DNA from: Leptogorgia sarmentosa
Lineage: Eukaryota
Assembly (NCBI GenBank): GCA_964658305.1
Contig: OZ210885.1
Span: 10,974,001 to 11,038,000, forward strand
Direction of reading: 5' to 3'
DNA: 64,000 nt
Every line of letters begins with the position of its first letter. Position 1 is the first letter of the stretch. Shown here piece after piece: positions 50,270 to 57,824 of the stretch. The position numbers were made by a program, and so were the translations under genes. The notes under the pieces were generated by a model. That model was given only the letters and a program-made list of their open reading frames with translations. It was not told the origin of the DNA and searched no databases.

Positions 50270-51659
50270 ACCGGTACATCGTTTGTGCCCTCTCGAGTAT
50301 AGCAAAGAACAGTCGGACAGTGATGACATATGAGTGAGATAGTGATCACCGGAACTTTTATTGCATCCTATTGATACGTTTGATATCAGACAGATTGTAC
50401 AAACTTCAGTTATGTTCATGTTGATGTTATTCGAATGCATTGCATTCGGGAGGGGGATGTTGAGGAACGAATCGTTTAATGTAACATGACGTATATTATT
50501 AGTTAAAAACCGCTGCATGAGCGTAATGCGGTCGATATTTCGAGGAGAAGCGTGGTTGTTGTTTTGTATTATTTGTTTCGAGCAAATATACGGAAAATTT
50601 ATTGTTCTTTGAAGACTTTTGAGCGTATTTACTTGTCTGTTCTACGCAATCGAGAACATTTGGTTATGAGACCTATAGCTCTGACAAAAATATGGAATCA
50701 AAACAAAATATATAATGGCAGAAATTCATTCGTTTCAATCGAACAATGGTATGCTACGCGACATCTAGTCCCATTCCTTCTTCGTGTATTGAGATCACCT
50801 GATAGATAGGCATTTTTCCATAACGGCTATATGGGTCAGCAATATTCCCTGACTAATAGACCCTTAGATCAGGCAGTTTTAGCTGCATGTTACGAAACGG
50901 CTGATTTAAAGCTATGTTTTTTAGATAAGACTCGCTGAAAATTTGTACAGATAAGTCCCTGTTTACTAATGTGAATGTAGTAGCGGTCTACGTGAACAAT
51001 TTCTGAGACCGCAACTTAAATAACGTGACCTCTGGACCCTACCTCCCCCACACGCGCTTTATGCTTTTAATAGAAATTATACCAATGTTTGCGGGCGCAA
51101 ATTCTGAGATGCGCGGGAAGTTTTGACACTTGCGGGAAAGTTGAGGTGTCAAAACTACCCGCGCATCCCTAAATTTACGCCCGCACCTATTACTAATTTC
51201 TATGAGAGCATAAAAGCGCCTCGTAACAGCCAATATAAACATAAAACATGGCTATCAACCCAAAATTGATCACAAAAATTGCCTCGCGTAACATTGCCTT
51301 AACAGATTTAAAACTTTTAAATCACATTTTTAGGTCATGGTTCTTTGGTGATTGAGAACTTCAGAACTGGAAAGGTTCTCCACAGATTTCCAGATCAATT
51401 AGCTGAATGGATCAGAGCGTTGGCATTAGCGCCTGAGGGAGAATTTCTTTTGTCGTCCTCGGATAAAGAGAAGACGCTGGAACTGTGGAACCTACCAAAT
51501 GGAGAGTGTGTTGAAGAGTTTCATTTCGACCGGGATGTTTTAGCCATAGCATGTGGCTCAAATGGAATGGTTTGTGTTGGCCTGGCAGGAGGTCGGGTCT
51601 GCTTCCTTCGTCTTAATAAGTTATCCTCGCATTCAGAACAACTCCAACCAAAAGGATGA
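428..51659 (+). CDS. APAF-1-like STAND (NB-ARC-type) NTPase-WD40 gene, 3' part; 11 exons: 428-850, 6287-6532, 9011-9229, 11734-11943, 15803-16043, 18237-18469, 22863-22975, 30853-31261, 34885-35486, 38393-38651, 51334-51659
   Basis: All junctions are GT..AG with compatible phases, giving one open frame of about 1092 codons. It has an MHD-like motif VHDLLLDF and YYFKYLPYH helical region, the spliced junction PQLLG|RLLSY, then many WD40 repeats ([23 protein letters not shown]). The 5' exons lie outside the window. Confidence 0.88.
2500..5420 (+). mobile_element. Decayed Helitron/Helentron-type rolling-circle element (OTU-like domain + Rep), many stops and frameshifts; boundaries approximate
   Basis: OTU-like [40 protein letters not shown] (2521-2885); [22 protein letters not shown] (~3795); FAPGEG (4360); [18 protein letters not shown] (~4665); HUH Rep motif [16 protein letters not shown] (~4985-5030); [10 protein letters not shown] (~5200). 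No helicase seen. Confidence 0.85.
6287..6532 (+). CDS. APAF-1-like exon: linker into first WD40
   Basis: ttccag|[20 protein letters not shown]...ITIFDLDTG; donor gtaggt. Confidence 0.85.
7225..7585. mobile_element. MITE, PIF/Harbinger-related (AG-initial TIRs, ANT-like target)
   Basis: TIRs AGGGACCTTAAGAT / ATCTTAAGGTCCCT with flanks agt / aat. Confidence 0.7.
9011..9229 (+). CDS. WD40 exon
   Basis: aaacag|[40 protein letters not shown]; donor gtaagc. Confidence 0.9.
11734..11943 (+). CDS. WD40 exon
   Basis: ttgtag|[28 protein letters not shown]; donor gtatgc. Confidence 0.88.
13530..13683 (+). mobile_element. 3' end of a non-autonomous Helentron-associated (HINE/DINE-1-like) element
   Basis: (CA)n tract then gattacataacctccttgcggaggtaat terminal hairpin, the typical HINE 3' layout. 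Confidence 0.55.
13855..14724. mobile_element. Fold-back (nearly fully palindromic) non-autonomous DNA element, copy 1
   Basis: CATGGCTAGAAATATGCGAC...GTCGCATATTTCTAGCCATG; arms about 415 bp with few mismatches and a spacer of about 40 bp. Confidence 0.9.
15803..16043 (+). CDS. WD40 exon
   Basis: ttttag|[38 protein letters not shown]; donor gtgggt, phase 2. Confidence 0.9.
16319..17192. mobile_element. Fold-back element, copy 2, inverted relative to copy 1
   Basis: Same termini and arms as 13855..14724; the central spacer is the reverse complement of that in copy 1. Confidence 0.9.
18237..18469 (+). CDS. WD40 exon
   Basis: tttcag|[35 protein letters not shown]; donor gtatag. Confidence 0.9.
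18814..19213. mobile_element. 400-bp palindromic MITE
   Basis: TAATGGACCAATTGCATAATAGACAA...TTGTCTATTATGCAATTGGTCCATTA, imperfectly self-complementary throughout. Confidence 0.8.
19386..21884 (+). mobile_element. Internally deleted DIRS-like (tyrosine-recombinase retrotransposon) remnant
   Basis: Imperfect terminal inverted repeats 19386-19428 / 21843-21884. Fragments: [12 protein letters not shown] (start of RT ORF), [13 protein letters not shown] (RT YIDD), [20 protein letters not shown] (YR C-terminal GW..Y motif). Confidence 0.75.
19970..21005 (+). repeat. Tandem array, about 11-12 copies of a ~91-bp unit
   Basis: gagatgtgcttctggcaatgttagattgcttcagaccgtgcacgag... recurs at e.g. 20431, 20522, 20613; outer copies are more diverged. 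Confidence 0.95.
22863..22975 (+). CDS. WD40 exon (not in ORF track)
   Basis: aaatag|[33 protein letters not shown], joins next exon as SSIK|VWNL. Confidence 0.8.
23456..24030 (+). mobile_element. Non-autonomous Crypton-type hairpin element N1
   Basis: TTATTA at both ends; IR ttattatttattt 23456 / aaataaataataa 23863-23875; tgattggtt box; ~160-bp terminal hairpin 23871-24030. Confidence 0.7.
24074..25610. mobile_element. Long-TIR non-autonomous Tc1/mariner-pogo-like element (TA target)
   Basis: TA-CAGTACTGTCCTCGAG...CTCGAGGACGGTACTG-TA; arms about 460 bp once the insertion in the left arm is removed; central 22-bp tandem (tgttatgaatgcaaagttgaca) x3. Confidence 0.8.
24371..24824 (-). mobile_element. 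Non-autonomous Crypton-type hairpin element N2, inserted in the left arm of the Tc1-like element
   Basis: Hairpin 24375-24530 with GCGAAGC apex; perfect 23-bp IR ttattatataccaatcgtcaaag 24525-24547 / 24801-24823; TAATAAT at both ends; absent from the right arm. Confidence 0.8.
25633..27256. mobile_element. Non-autonomous DNA transposon with ~70-bp TIRs and 9-bp TSD (Mutator-like by TSD length)
   Basis: CA(A/T)CCTCGTACCCAGGCTCTCTCC... TIRs; ATCTGCAAC duplicated at 25624-25632 and 27257-27265. Confidence 0.85.
27474..28102. mobile_element. PIF/Harbinger-related MITE
   Basis: AGGGAGTTTAAGATC / GATCTTAAATTCCCT TIRs with AAT flanks; same type as 7225..7585. Confidence 0.7.
30853..31261 (+). CDS. 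WD40 exon
   Basis: tttaag|[33 protein letters not shown]; donor gtgggt. Confidence 0.88.
32281..32342. repeat. Perfect 62-bp palindrome
   Basis: TGTGCGTGATTATAGTCGAATCAAACTAAT-AT-ATTAGTTTGATTCGACTATAATCACGCACA. Confidence 0.95.
33961..34459. mobile_element. hAT-type MITE
   Basis: TIR CAAGGGCG / CGCCCTTG; exact 8-bp TSD CTTGGGAC (33953-33960, 34460-34467); G/C-rich subterminal tracts. Confidence 0.85.
34885..35486 (+). CDS. WD40 exon
   Basis: tttcag|[39 protein letters not shown]; donor gtatgc. Confidence 0.88.
35491..36350. mobile_element. Long-TIR MITE immediately after an exon donor
   Basis: ACACCATTTGCC..taagcgacaagagaatctc arm and its reverse complement ending CAAATGGTGT; arms over 200 bp. 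Confidence 0.8.
36464..36937 (+). mobile_element. Non-autonomous Crypton-type hairpin element N3
   Basis: Terminal hairpin 36780-36937 homologous to that of N1, ending TTATTA; ATG remnant [14 protein letters not shown] at 36724; extra GC-rich hairpin at the left. Confidence 0.7.
36984..37633. mobile_element. Palindromic Kolobok-like MITE (TTAA target)
   Basis: TTAA-AGGTGGGTTACA...TGTAACCCACCT-TTAA; largely self-complementary. Confidence 0.75.
38393..38651 (+). CDS. divergent beta-propeller exon
   Basis: tgacag|GTT GAG CGG; phases 0 to 1 bridge the neighbouring exons exactly; donor gtaatt. Confidence 0.72.
39364..39564 (+). repeat. 5' LTR
   Basis: TGTTGAGG...GAGAACA; differs from the 3' LTR at 4 of 201 positions (all transitions). 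Confidence 0.95.
39646..43009 (+). pseudogene. BEL/Pao gag-protease-RT, interrupted by stops and frameshifts
   Basis: Consecutive ORF fragments 39601..43080 carrying Pao gag, protease and RT motifs in shifting frames. Confidence 0.9.
43010..44871 (+). mobile_element. Crypton-type tyrosine-recombinase DNA element inserted in BEL pol
   Basis: 24-bp IR ttattatatacacaagcgctggat 43010-43033 / 44775-44798 (1 mismatch), enclosing a YR gene and followed by a half-hairpin-like tract. Confidence 0.85.
43110..44556 (+). CDS. Crypton tyrosine recombinase (DUF3504/ZMYM-KCTD1-related), 2 exons 43110-43221 and 43346-44556, about 440 aa
   Basis: [20 protein letters not shown] spliced in frame via GTAGGT..TTGCAG; catalytic motifs FGKRGREN (R), TNHSIRAT (HxxR), TGHKS, SIESY (Y); KNHQGG and RCPV motifs. 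Confidence 0.88.
44872..46900 (+). pseudogene. BEL/Pao RNase H-integrase, frameshifted
   Basis: [62 protein letters not shown]. Confidence 0.9.
46901..50268 (+). mobile_element. LINE (CR1/L2-group, Crack/Daphne-like) inserted in the BEL integrase C-terminus
   Basis: Interrupts [14 protein letters not shown]; long intact ORF; AATAAA then (TTA)n tail at 50234-50268. Confidence 0.9.
47325..50105 (+). CDS. LINE ORF2: APE endonuclease + reverse transcriptase (926 aa, uninterrupted)
   Basis: LNARSL, ISETWL, GGGVA, AGDVN, SDH (APE); [29 protein letters not shown] (RT); [10 protein letters not shown]-terminus. Confidence 0.95.
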   Translation: MSSSVIQPNRLASIPRLCIGNNASINNNNTNLTHCIPVRITTRFRFSQRNAINYNRCLTPIQLQKPGPSVTRQIPSFMVLNARSLAKPDAYAALYADIKSKNIDICCISETWLNKSHVDNVICPQGFNILRKDRTNRVGGGVAVMCRNDWKIHEILSLRNEFECLWTKIETLNSRYFLAIIYHPPNAEYNEHDLIDFLIDSCETLLLNDPNSKLIIAGDVNQMDIKKITNHLSLAQLVKSPTRGQRILDVFLTNVPHFWKKTKVEKSLVRSDHNMVLVHPREPVKAIRKQTLFRDVRHQNQLKMMRELEKVDWDVITSDDKTVDEMISTFYATISPLFEKCFPCIKVKLSTRDPPFMSPLVKHLLNLREKATKKQDFETKNRLQEKINSLIRENQMRAVKQEHKKHKTGSKKWWETVNSITSRTKNSIKVSAQLDPNEINTHFKNVNTDPNYTTPNICSIPEGTRVPFLSIYMVQWFLKKQKKTATGPDDIPYWFWKNFSFDLAPVVTKIFNRSLATGIVPNIWKQANLLPLPKETQLENCNQLRPISLTAIIMRLFERCVLASELSHVTDLIGQDQFAYKKAHNSTMALIKGHHSWLKWLDNDASYVRIFSFDFSKAFDNVPHDILCTKLKSLAINPHIVNWIIDFLTNRQQRVVVDGIITNYLPINRGVPQGTVLGPILFLIMVNDIKVIDQRNGLIKFADDMTLGVPGTNEGDTSTIEVENIIEWSERNRMPLNMGKTWEMVMCKSNASIPNPIPMIERKTWLKILGTILQENPTNWDMHLEQLISKASSRMHIMRTCKYYGMTPEQLDLLFNSLIMPILTYGIELWGCAYYDKYLRQIDKFINRARKYGYTTKDHSLKDIMHSRDKKLWVQVTSNVNNPLHELLPNDLARPLRPRGHKYELPRIRTERFKNSFINRCLFNFI
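50458..50658 (+). repeat. 3' LTR
   Basis: Preceded by polypurine tract, followed by TSD TTTGG. Confidence 0.95.
51334..51659 (+). CDS. terminal WD40 exon with stop
   Basis: ttttag|[44 protein letters not shown], a typical STAND-WD40 C-terminus; TGA ends at 51659. Confidence 0.9.
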
Positions 51660-51764
51660 AGACTTATAAGAGGAATTGCAAAATTGTCTGAAATGAGTAT
51701 TAAACGTGGAAACAAGGACATATGGAGTAGCGATATCAATATTTCTTGCAATGAAAAATACTTT

Positions 51765-51767
<3 letters not shown>

Positions 51768-51798
<31 letters not shown>
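51768..51798. repeat. (TA)n microsatellite abutting the Penelope-like element
   Basis: About 15 TA units directly adjacent to the 3' pseudo-LTR. Confidence 0.9.
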
Positions 51799-51802
<4 letters not shown>

Positions 51803-51880
51803 TGTGTTTGAGGAAACATGTCTGGACTAGTTATGAACTTTCTTGTAGTGCTTCTTCAGACATAAAATTTATTAAATATT

Positions 51881-51919
51881 TTCCAAACGTTTCGCCTGTT
51901 ACGGCTTCTTCAGTGGAAA
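51881..51919 (-). ncRNA. Minimal type-I hammerhead ribozyme in the Penelope pLTR
   Basis: Minus strand UUUCCA-CUGAAGA-AGCCguaacaGGC-GAAA-CGUU-UGGAAA: core CUGANGA and GAAA, 6-bp stem I, GUU cleavage triplet. Confidence 0.75.
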
Positions 51920-52320
51920 TGATTTACAGTACTATTTCCATCCTATATATGTACAAGTGCATGTTAATATCTAATTTAAAAATGCTAAAATGTACGTATT
52001 GTTTATAAAATGCTAAATTTAAAAACAATTGTTTAGTGTCCTAATAAAAAATAAATATTTAACAGGTAATACCTATATGTTAATTCTCCTCCCCCTACAG
52101 CCGTTCATTAAGTGTCAAGACTATTTTTGTATTTCGAACGCCTCGATATACTTTCGTTCTTCGTGGTTACCAATGTTTGCATGTATAATGTTCCAAGTTA
52201 TTAGCGGTAATTTGCGTTTATTATGGATGCCAAGTGTTTATATACCGTCTGTTTCTCCATTGTTAAATGCTCTTTTATTCTAGATCCTATTGTACGTCCC
52301 GTCTTCCCAATGTATACGGT

Positions 52321-54426
52321 TCAGCGATTTGGTTTGGATGATATTTTGCATGTCTCACACTCATTGGGACAATTTTGTTTTACTTTGGGTGGGCCAAAAA
52401 CTTTCGACAAGGGTTGGCCATTCACAAAATGTATTTTCACGTTCTGTATGCGTGATCGATTTAGCACCCCCAAAGCCTTTCGTTTGAATTCTTCGTTGAT
52501 AAATGGTAATTTCAAGTAGACGAATTGTTGTTGATCATCATCATTCTGTCGTCTATTGTTATGAAGAGTGCTTCTCATCACAGATTTAATAAAACTCTTA
52601 GGGTACCCGTTAGCCACGAATAATTCTGTGATTAGGTTAAGTGATTGCTTTTGTGATACAGAGTCAGTAGAACATTTAACAGCTCTCTTTACTTCCCCGA
52701 TGACAATAGCTCGTTTCGAAGAGATTGCTCCATGGCTGTCCCACGGTGTAATACACCGGCTATGGATTGATTTTATATAAAGAGTCGTGGTAAATATTTT
52801 GGTATGAGGATTAAAGGTTACAAGAGTATCCAAGAATGGTAACTGGTTGTTGGTGGGTAATTCTATGGTGAATTTGATGGCATTATTCAGACCATTAGCT
52901 GTTGTTAAAAGCATTTCCTCAGTAAATTCCTGAGATAATAGGAATGCGAAGTAATCGTCAATGAATCGCTTGAGAATTACACAACCGTTCGATAATTCTA
53001 TAATTTGGTTGTCGAGTTCGTTCATATATATAATGGCTAAGATAGGGGCTAAGTTATTTCCCATGGCCAAGCCCGATTGTTGTTTATAACCTTTATTGCC
53101 AATTAAAACGCTGTCGCTTGTCAGACAAAGACGAACAAGTTCTTCAAAATCCTCGTCACTAAGAGCATGTAATTCACAATCAGCTTTGTGTTCAGAGAAG
53201 AAATGTCGGGCGACTGTAAAAATGCTGGGAGTGTCATCGTCTATGTCTTTCAGGGGAATAGACCTGTATAAATTGCATACATCTAGGCTGCAGAACCCAT
53301 GCACTAACTCGCTGTCTATATCCGAGATGAAGTCTATAAATTCATCTGTGTTTTTAAGATGGGCGGGGACGTGTCGTAAAAGCACTTGTAGATATTTGGC
53401 CAAATATTTAGATAACTTTGTCGCAGGCGTATCTGTAGCGGCATGTATTGGTCTGCCCTTAAGTTCTCCTTCCTTATGATCTTTTGGCAGACAATAGGCA
53501 GAGCATGGAAGCGGTTCGCTACAGATAGTAGATCCAAGTTCACGATATAATCTAGGGTCGCTGTATAGATATTTCTTTGTGATGTTGTTCAAACGACAGT
53601 TAAAATTTATTTGTTCTGTCCTAGGTAGGTTAAGTTTCCTTAGTTTTTTATAATTGCCCGTCTCAGTTGTGGATTTGAGAAGCATATTATCATACAATGT
53701 GGTATCCAGAGCTAGTAATCGTTTGGTCTTGTCTGTTGGAGTAATGACTATGTTCTTTGGAGGGAGTTCATAAGTTAACGTTTTGTTTTTAAGAATCTTA
53801 CTACCGTTCTTGTTACCTTCTTCAATCACTCGAGACATCCCACCTTTAAATTCGCTTAATGCGCTTTCGGGAACATTCTGGGCTTTCAGTTGATCCATGG
53901 CACGTTGGAGGCTAGCTTTAGCTAACAAGCTGTGTCTGGGCAGATCTCTTGGTGCGGCATTTACAAATGAGGGGCCTTTTTCCAGTACATTAGTGAGTTT
54001 ATCATCTAAAGTTTCCGACGATATGTTCTTAAAGCCCTGTGGTTTCTTTTCGGCTTCTTTCGGTCCATTACGACGTTGTTGTCGGTTGAGTAATTGTTGG
54101 AGCTTGCGTTGTTTGGTTTCATATAAAGAGTTCTGCAATGTTGTAATTCCTCGATCTTCGTGTTCATTCAACGGAAATACATATCGACGAATCCTGTTTA
54201 AACGGTAATATTGAGTATCGATTGCAAGTTGCAACCATTGTCTGCTGTGCTTTCTTGCCAGGTTTACAGCCAACTGAGAGTTGGTAGTGTGTGCGAGTAT
54301 ATTATTAGCTCGCAAACCATTAGGTATTATATGTAACGACTTGCAGGAACGTAGGAAGGAAATATTACTAAGGTGGTGAATAATCTTTTTCGCTGTTCGA
54401 TAACATGAATGTGTTTGAGGAAACAT
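52321..54426 (-). CDS. Penelope-type reverse transcriptase (701 aa); GIY-YIG endonuclease cut off by a stop/deletion
   Basis: FLRSCK..IPNGL N-terminus; LPKDHK..GRPI; SLDVCNLY; QQSGLAMGNNLAPILA; RFIDD; LPFLD. Confidence 0.9.
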   Translation of the reverse strand: MFPQTHSCYRTAKKIIHHLSNISFLRSCKSLHIIPNGLRANNILAHTTNSQLAVNLARKHSRQWLQLAIDTQYYRLNRIRRYVFPLNEHEDRGITTLQNSLYETKQRKLQQLLNRQQRRNGPKEAEKKPQGFKNISSETLDDKLTNVLEKGPSFVNAAPRDLPRHSLLAKASLQRAMDQLKAQNVPESALSEFKGGMSRVIEEGNKNGSKILKNKTLTYELPPKNIVITPTDKTKRLLALDTTLYDNMLLKSTTETGNYKKLRKLNLPRTEQINFNCRLNNITKKYLYSDPRLYRELGSTICSEPLPCSAYCLPKDHKEGELKGRPIHAATDTPATKLSKYLAKYLQVLLRHVPAHLKNTDEFIDFISDIDSELVHGFCSLDVCNLYRSIPLKDIDDDTPSIFTVARHFFSEHKADCELHALSDEDFEELVRLCLTSDSVLIGNKGYKQQSGLAMGNNLAPILAIIYMNELDNQIIELSNGCVILKRFIDDYFAFLLSQEFTEEMLLTTANGLNNAIKFTIELPTNNQLPFLDTLVTFNPHTKIFTTTLYIKSIHSRCITPWDSHGAISSKRAIVIGEVKRAVKCSTDSVSQKQSLNLITELFVANGYPKSFIKSVMRSTLHNNRRQNDDDQQQFVYLKLPFINEEFKRKALGVLNRSRIQNVKIHFVNGQPLSKVFGPPKVKQNCPNECETCKISSKPNR

Positions 54427-55768
54427 GTCTAGTTATGAACTTTCTTGTAGTGCTTCTTCAGACATAAAACGAACGCCTCGATATACTTTCGTTCTTCGTG
54501 GTTACCAATGTTTGCATGGATAATGTTCCAAGTTATTAGCGGTAATTTGCGTTTATTATGGGATGCCAAGTGTTTATATACCATCTGTTTCTCCATTGTT
54601 AAATCATTTTTATTCAGCCGTTGAACAAAGACCTCAACGGGTAGTACCCAATATTTCTCAATTGAGAACACGGGTAATGCCCACGCTGGACTATCGCCTA
54701 AGCTTGCTCATGGCCAGAAATGCGCGACAGTCAGCGGCTCGGACAACGGGCGCGTAATTGACAACAGAGCATGCGCATTACGATGAAGGACTTTCAATGG
54801 ATAATTTGAATTGCAAATCCCCTGTTTACGAGGCTTTGGACCTAAATTTTGTGCTAGAAATATGGACACGTTTGGGGCTAAAAGGCACCCCTTTCTGTGG
54901 ACTTTTAAACATTACAAATGGTTTAAACTGGTAGCGGAACTTTCAAACTTTAAAATACGATGTTGGCAACATTGAAAACTTGAAGATAAACCAGGGTAAT
55001 TTTGCCACCAATTCGGGCATTACAGCATAAATTATGGATTTAATACAGCTTATTAAGGGCATAGTTGGTTCGATAATTATTTTATGAGGAACCAACTTCC
55101 CGAATCCTTTGGATTATATAATTTCGTACAGGTGCACGTATACTTTGAGAAAATTTGCCATTGCACGCTCAGGTTTTGACGAATTTGTCTGAAATTTTGC
55201 ACAGATATTGATAAATGTCTCGAGAAACTACAATCGTTGCCGCAGATCAGTACGCTTTAACAAAAAGCCACACTGAGAGTTTTCCTAAATATACACACTA
55301 TTTGCGCCGCGAGAATTAAGTAGCGCCAGTTTTATCCAAAAACCTCGGAAATGCCGTGTTTCCATTCCTAAGTGATGAAAGAAGAAAAATGTGTTCGCAT
55401 TTGTTGACAGACATTTTACTTGCTTTGATATAGAACATCAACGTTGATGTAGTGTTTTTGACAATACGAGGTTGAGGAAAATGCCTGTAAATAAGAAAGT
55501 ACTTCATTAAATCGAAAACGCGAACACATTTTTGCTGCACAGATATTGTTTAATGTCCTGTAAAAAATTGGGGAAAATTCGTTCAAACGCTGTCAACTTA
55601 TTTTACTTTTTGTAGAGGAAATTTGCAATATTTTTAATTGCTGTAAAAGACGGATAAATGTTTCGCGGGGTCTTATCAGCCTCTCCACCCTCTTAATTAA
55701 CACCTCCGGTATGGAACCAATCACCAGATGATCTCGTATTCGTGTTTCAGCCAATCAGCGCTCAGAAA

Positions 55769-56002
55769 GGGTTGCCCGAATAGAAATCCATTTTGCTGTA
55801 TTCACACGATTATATCTTTCGTTATTCTGTACGAAACTACTTAAAATTATGTAAATATGTTTGGTTATGAGAACTATAGCTCTGACAAAAATATGGAATT
55901 GAAATAAAGTATATTATGAGAGATATTCAGTTGTTTCGGTCGAAAAATGGATTTCTATTTGACAGCTAGTCCCAGTCCTTTTCCGTGTATCGAGATCACC
56001 TG
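55769..56002 (+). repeat. Uninterrupted copy of the interspersed repeat that the BEL element split
   Basis: Matches 39266-39363 + 50664-50800 joined across a single TTTGG; partial inverted copy near 38005-38095. Confidence 0.8.
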
Positions 56003-56613
56003 GCATAATCGCGCGGTTTGGTATACCTTGTTAAGTTTTGACAACGTGTTTTGGCATTGAAATTTGGGTAGAATACATGTAATGCTATACGAGAGACTCG
56101 TTTCTACACTTCGCACCCTTTCTTTTAGACATGTCGCTATTCAGCACGCGAATAATGTTTGAGAAATATGCAGTGCTGTAACTAATATCGTATATTGCCC
56201 CAAACTCAGTACCAATTCACACCTTCAAATTATGGATAACACCTTGCGCTATGCCGGAATGACAGTATGTGTCTAAAACTTTCGCGCGCAATTTTTTATG
56301 TCAGAAAAAAAGCATTTCTCTATATCTCCGTCGCATTTCAATATTTTGCGAAATATGATAGATACTTATGTCTATAATATAACTGTGTAAAAACATAAAA
56401 AGTCAAAAAATCAACTTTTCATAGTGTGGTGTAACCTTAAGTTTGTTACGTAACGACAAGATGGCGGCCGTGGAGGAGCGGAGGCGATGTTGCAATGTTT
56501 TTGCTAATAAAATGTGAAGTGTAGTGTTGAAATGCGAACGTTGGGGCAAACAATTTTGTCTTTCTAAGTCCTAGTAAATACACAATTGCAATTCTACAAA
56601 GTGTTTATAAGGC

Positions 56614-56785
56614 AGCGTGTTATTTCATCGAAGTAGAAGTTGCGATTCTGTAAACTTGATCTCGTAGTATTGCGGTTGTACTGCGCAATATAAATCTCAG
56701 CGTGTTATTTCGTCGAATTAGAAGTTGCGATTCTGTAAATTTATTCTCGCAGTATTGCGGTTGCATTGTGCAATATAAATCCCAG
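56614..56785 (+). repeat. Tandem duplication of ~85 bp
   Basis: agcgtgttatttc..gtagaagttgcgattctgtaaa..gcaatataaatc occurs twice. Confidence 0.8.
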
Positions 56786-57088
56786 CAAATATCATATGCA
56801 ATAACATGCAGTTTGAAAACGGCAGCATGTTATGTTAGAATGTTTGTACCGATAGAATATAAAGTGTAGTCTTCAAATACGAAAGTTTAGGCAATCAATT
56901 TTCACATACTACATCTCAGTAAGTGCGCAATTGCAATTTAACACGATATAGACAGAATATGTTGTATATAAGTGGTTTTATACAAAGGGTAAACTTGGTC
57001 ACTAGAAAGCCACATATTTCGCAAAGCAATCACAAGAAGCGACAACATAACCCCCCCACACACACACACACCCCTAATGCGCCCCTGA

Positions 57089-57362
57089 ATATTTAACAAT
57101 TAGACAACGAGGCAGAGTTGTCTATAAGCGAATAGTCAACGAGGCCGAGTTGTCAAATTGTTTTAGTATACACTCTATGCCCAGAATTGTTTATATGAAG
57201 AAAATTCTTCAGAAACCTCAGCAAAACGCGAGTTTTCTGCAGTAGCCATATTGTTTTCCTTTGCTTTTTCGCGAACCATGGTCTATCACAGAATAGACAA
57301 ACGGCTGAGTAGCCAATCAGAATGTAGCATTTGTAATAGACGATGGTTGGGTGTATACTAAA
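57089..57362 (-). mobile_element. Non-autonomous Crypton-type hairpin element N4
   Basis: Left hairpin (caacgaggccgagttg); IR tttagtatacac 57162 / gtgtatactaaa 57351-57362; agccaatcag box. Confidence 0.6.
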
Positions 57363-57469
57363 TGTAGATAGAAAATAGCAAAGAAAGGGGCTTATCAAAT
57401 ACCAGCATTTGCATTTCAATAATATTATGATTCTATTAATTATCAAATATATCATTTTAGATACTGATA

Positions 57470-57824
57470 AGTATAAATGCCTATTTCATTATCCCTACTT
57501 GACATTGCCAAATTGCACGCGTGTTTGGCGAAATACCGTGAGTGCGAAGCACGAGAACAAGTGTAATTTCCTTTTAATATCATCGTAGTCAATTTCAGTG
57601 CAATTTCAATATCAAACAAATGAAAATCCATCGTAAAATTATACGAGAAACAAAAATTTTACTGTAGTTTTACTTGTTTTTAAATTTACCGCTCGCATAT
57701 CGCGGGCTCGAAGTGTGGTATTTGAAAAATTAATTACACACCTGTGTAATTAATGTTTAATTCTCACAGTTGTTGAAGCTTTTTAGCCAATCAGCGTACA
57801 GGAAATTGACTACAATGATATTAA
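57470..57824 (-). mobile_element. Non-autonomous Crypton-type hairpin element N5
   Basis: GCGAAGC apex at 57544; 23-bp IR 57574-57596 / 57802-57824 (1 mismatch); agccaatcag box. Confidence 0.6.

Larger units (their letters stand above)
39364..50658 (+). mobile_element. BEL/Pao LTR retrotransposon (disabled gag-pol) carrying two nested insertions
   Basis: 201-bp TG..CA LTRs; 5-bp TSD TTTGG; PBS TGGTCCTTCGAGCCGGAT; PPT GGGAGGGGGA. Gag LPKFSGE and CCHC knuckles; protease [18 protein letters not shown] / YVDDLL; RNase H FSDAS; integrase H-H-C-C and GIDYAGP; C-terminal [16 protein letters not shown]. Confidence 0.95.
51798..54604 (-). mobile_element. Penelope-like retroelement with pseudo-LTRs
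   Basis: Direct repeat 51798-52268 vs 54405-54604 (the latter lacks about 51871-52134); RT ORF; GIY-YIG remnant VYIGKTGRTIGSRIKEH after a stop. Confidence 0.9.

Noticed and set aside
54465..54475. Spliced-out intron explaining the shorter 5' pLTR
   Set aside because: The missing segment is not bounded by GT..AG on the element strand
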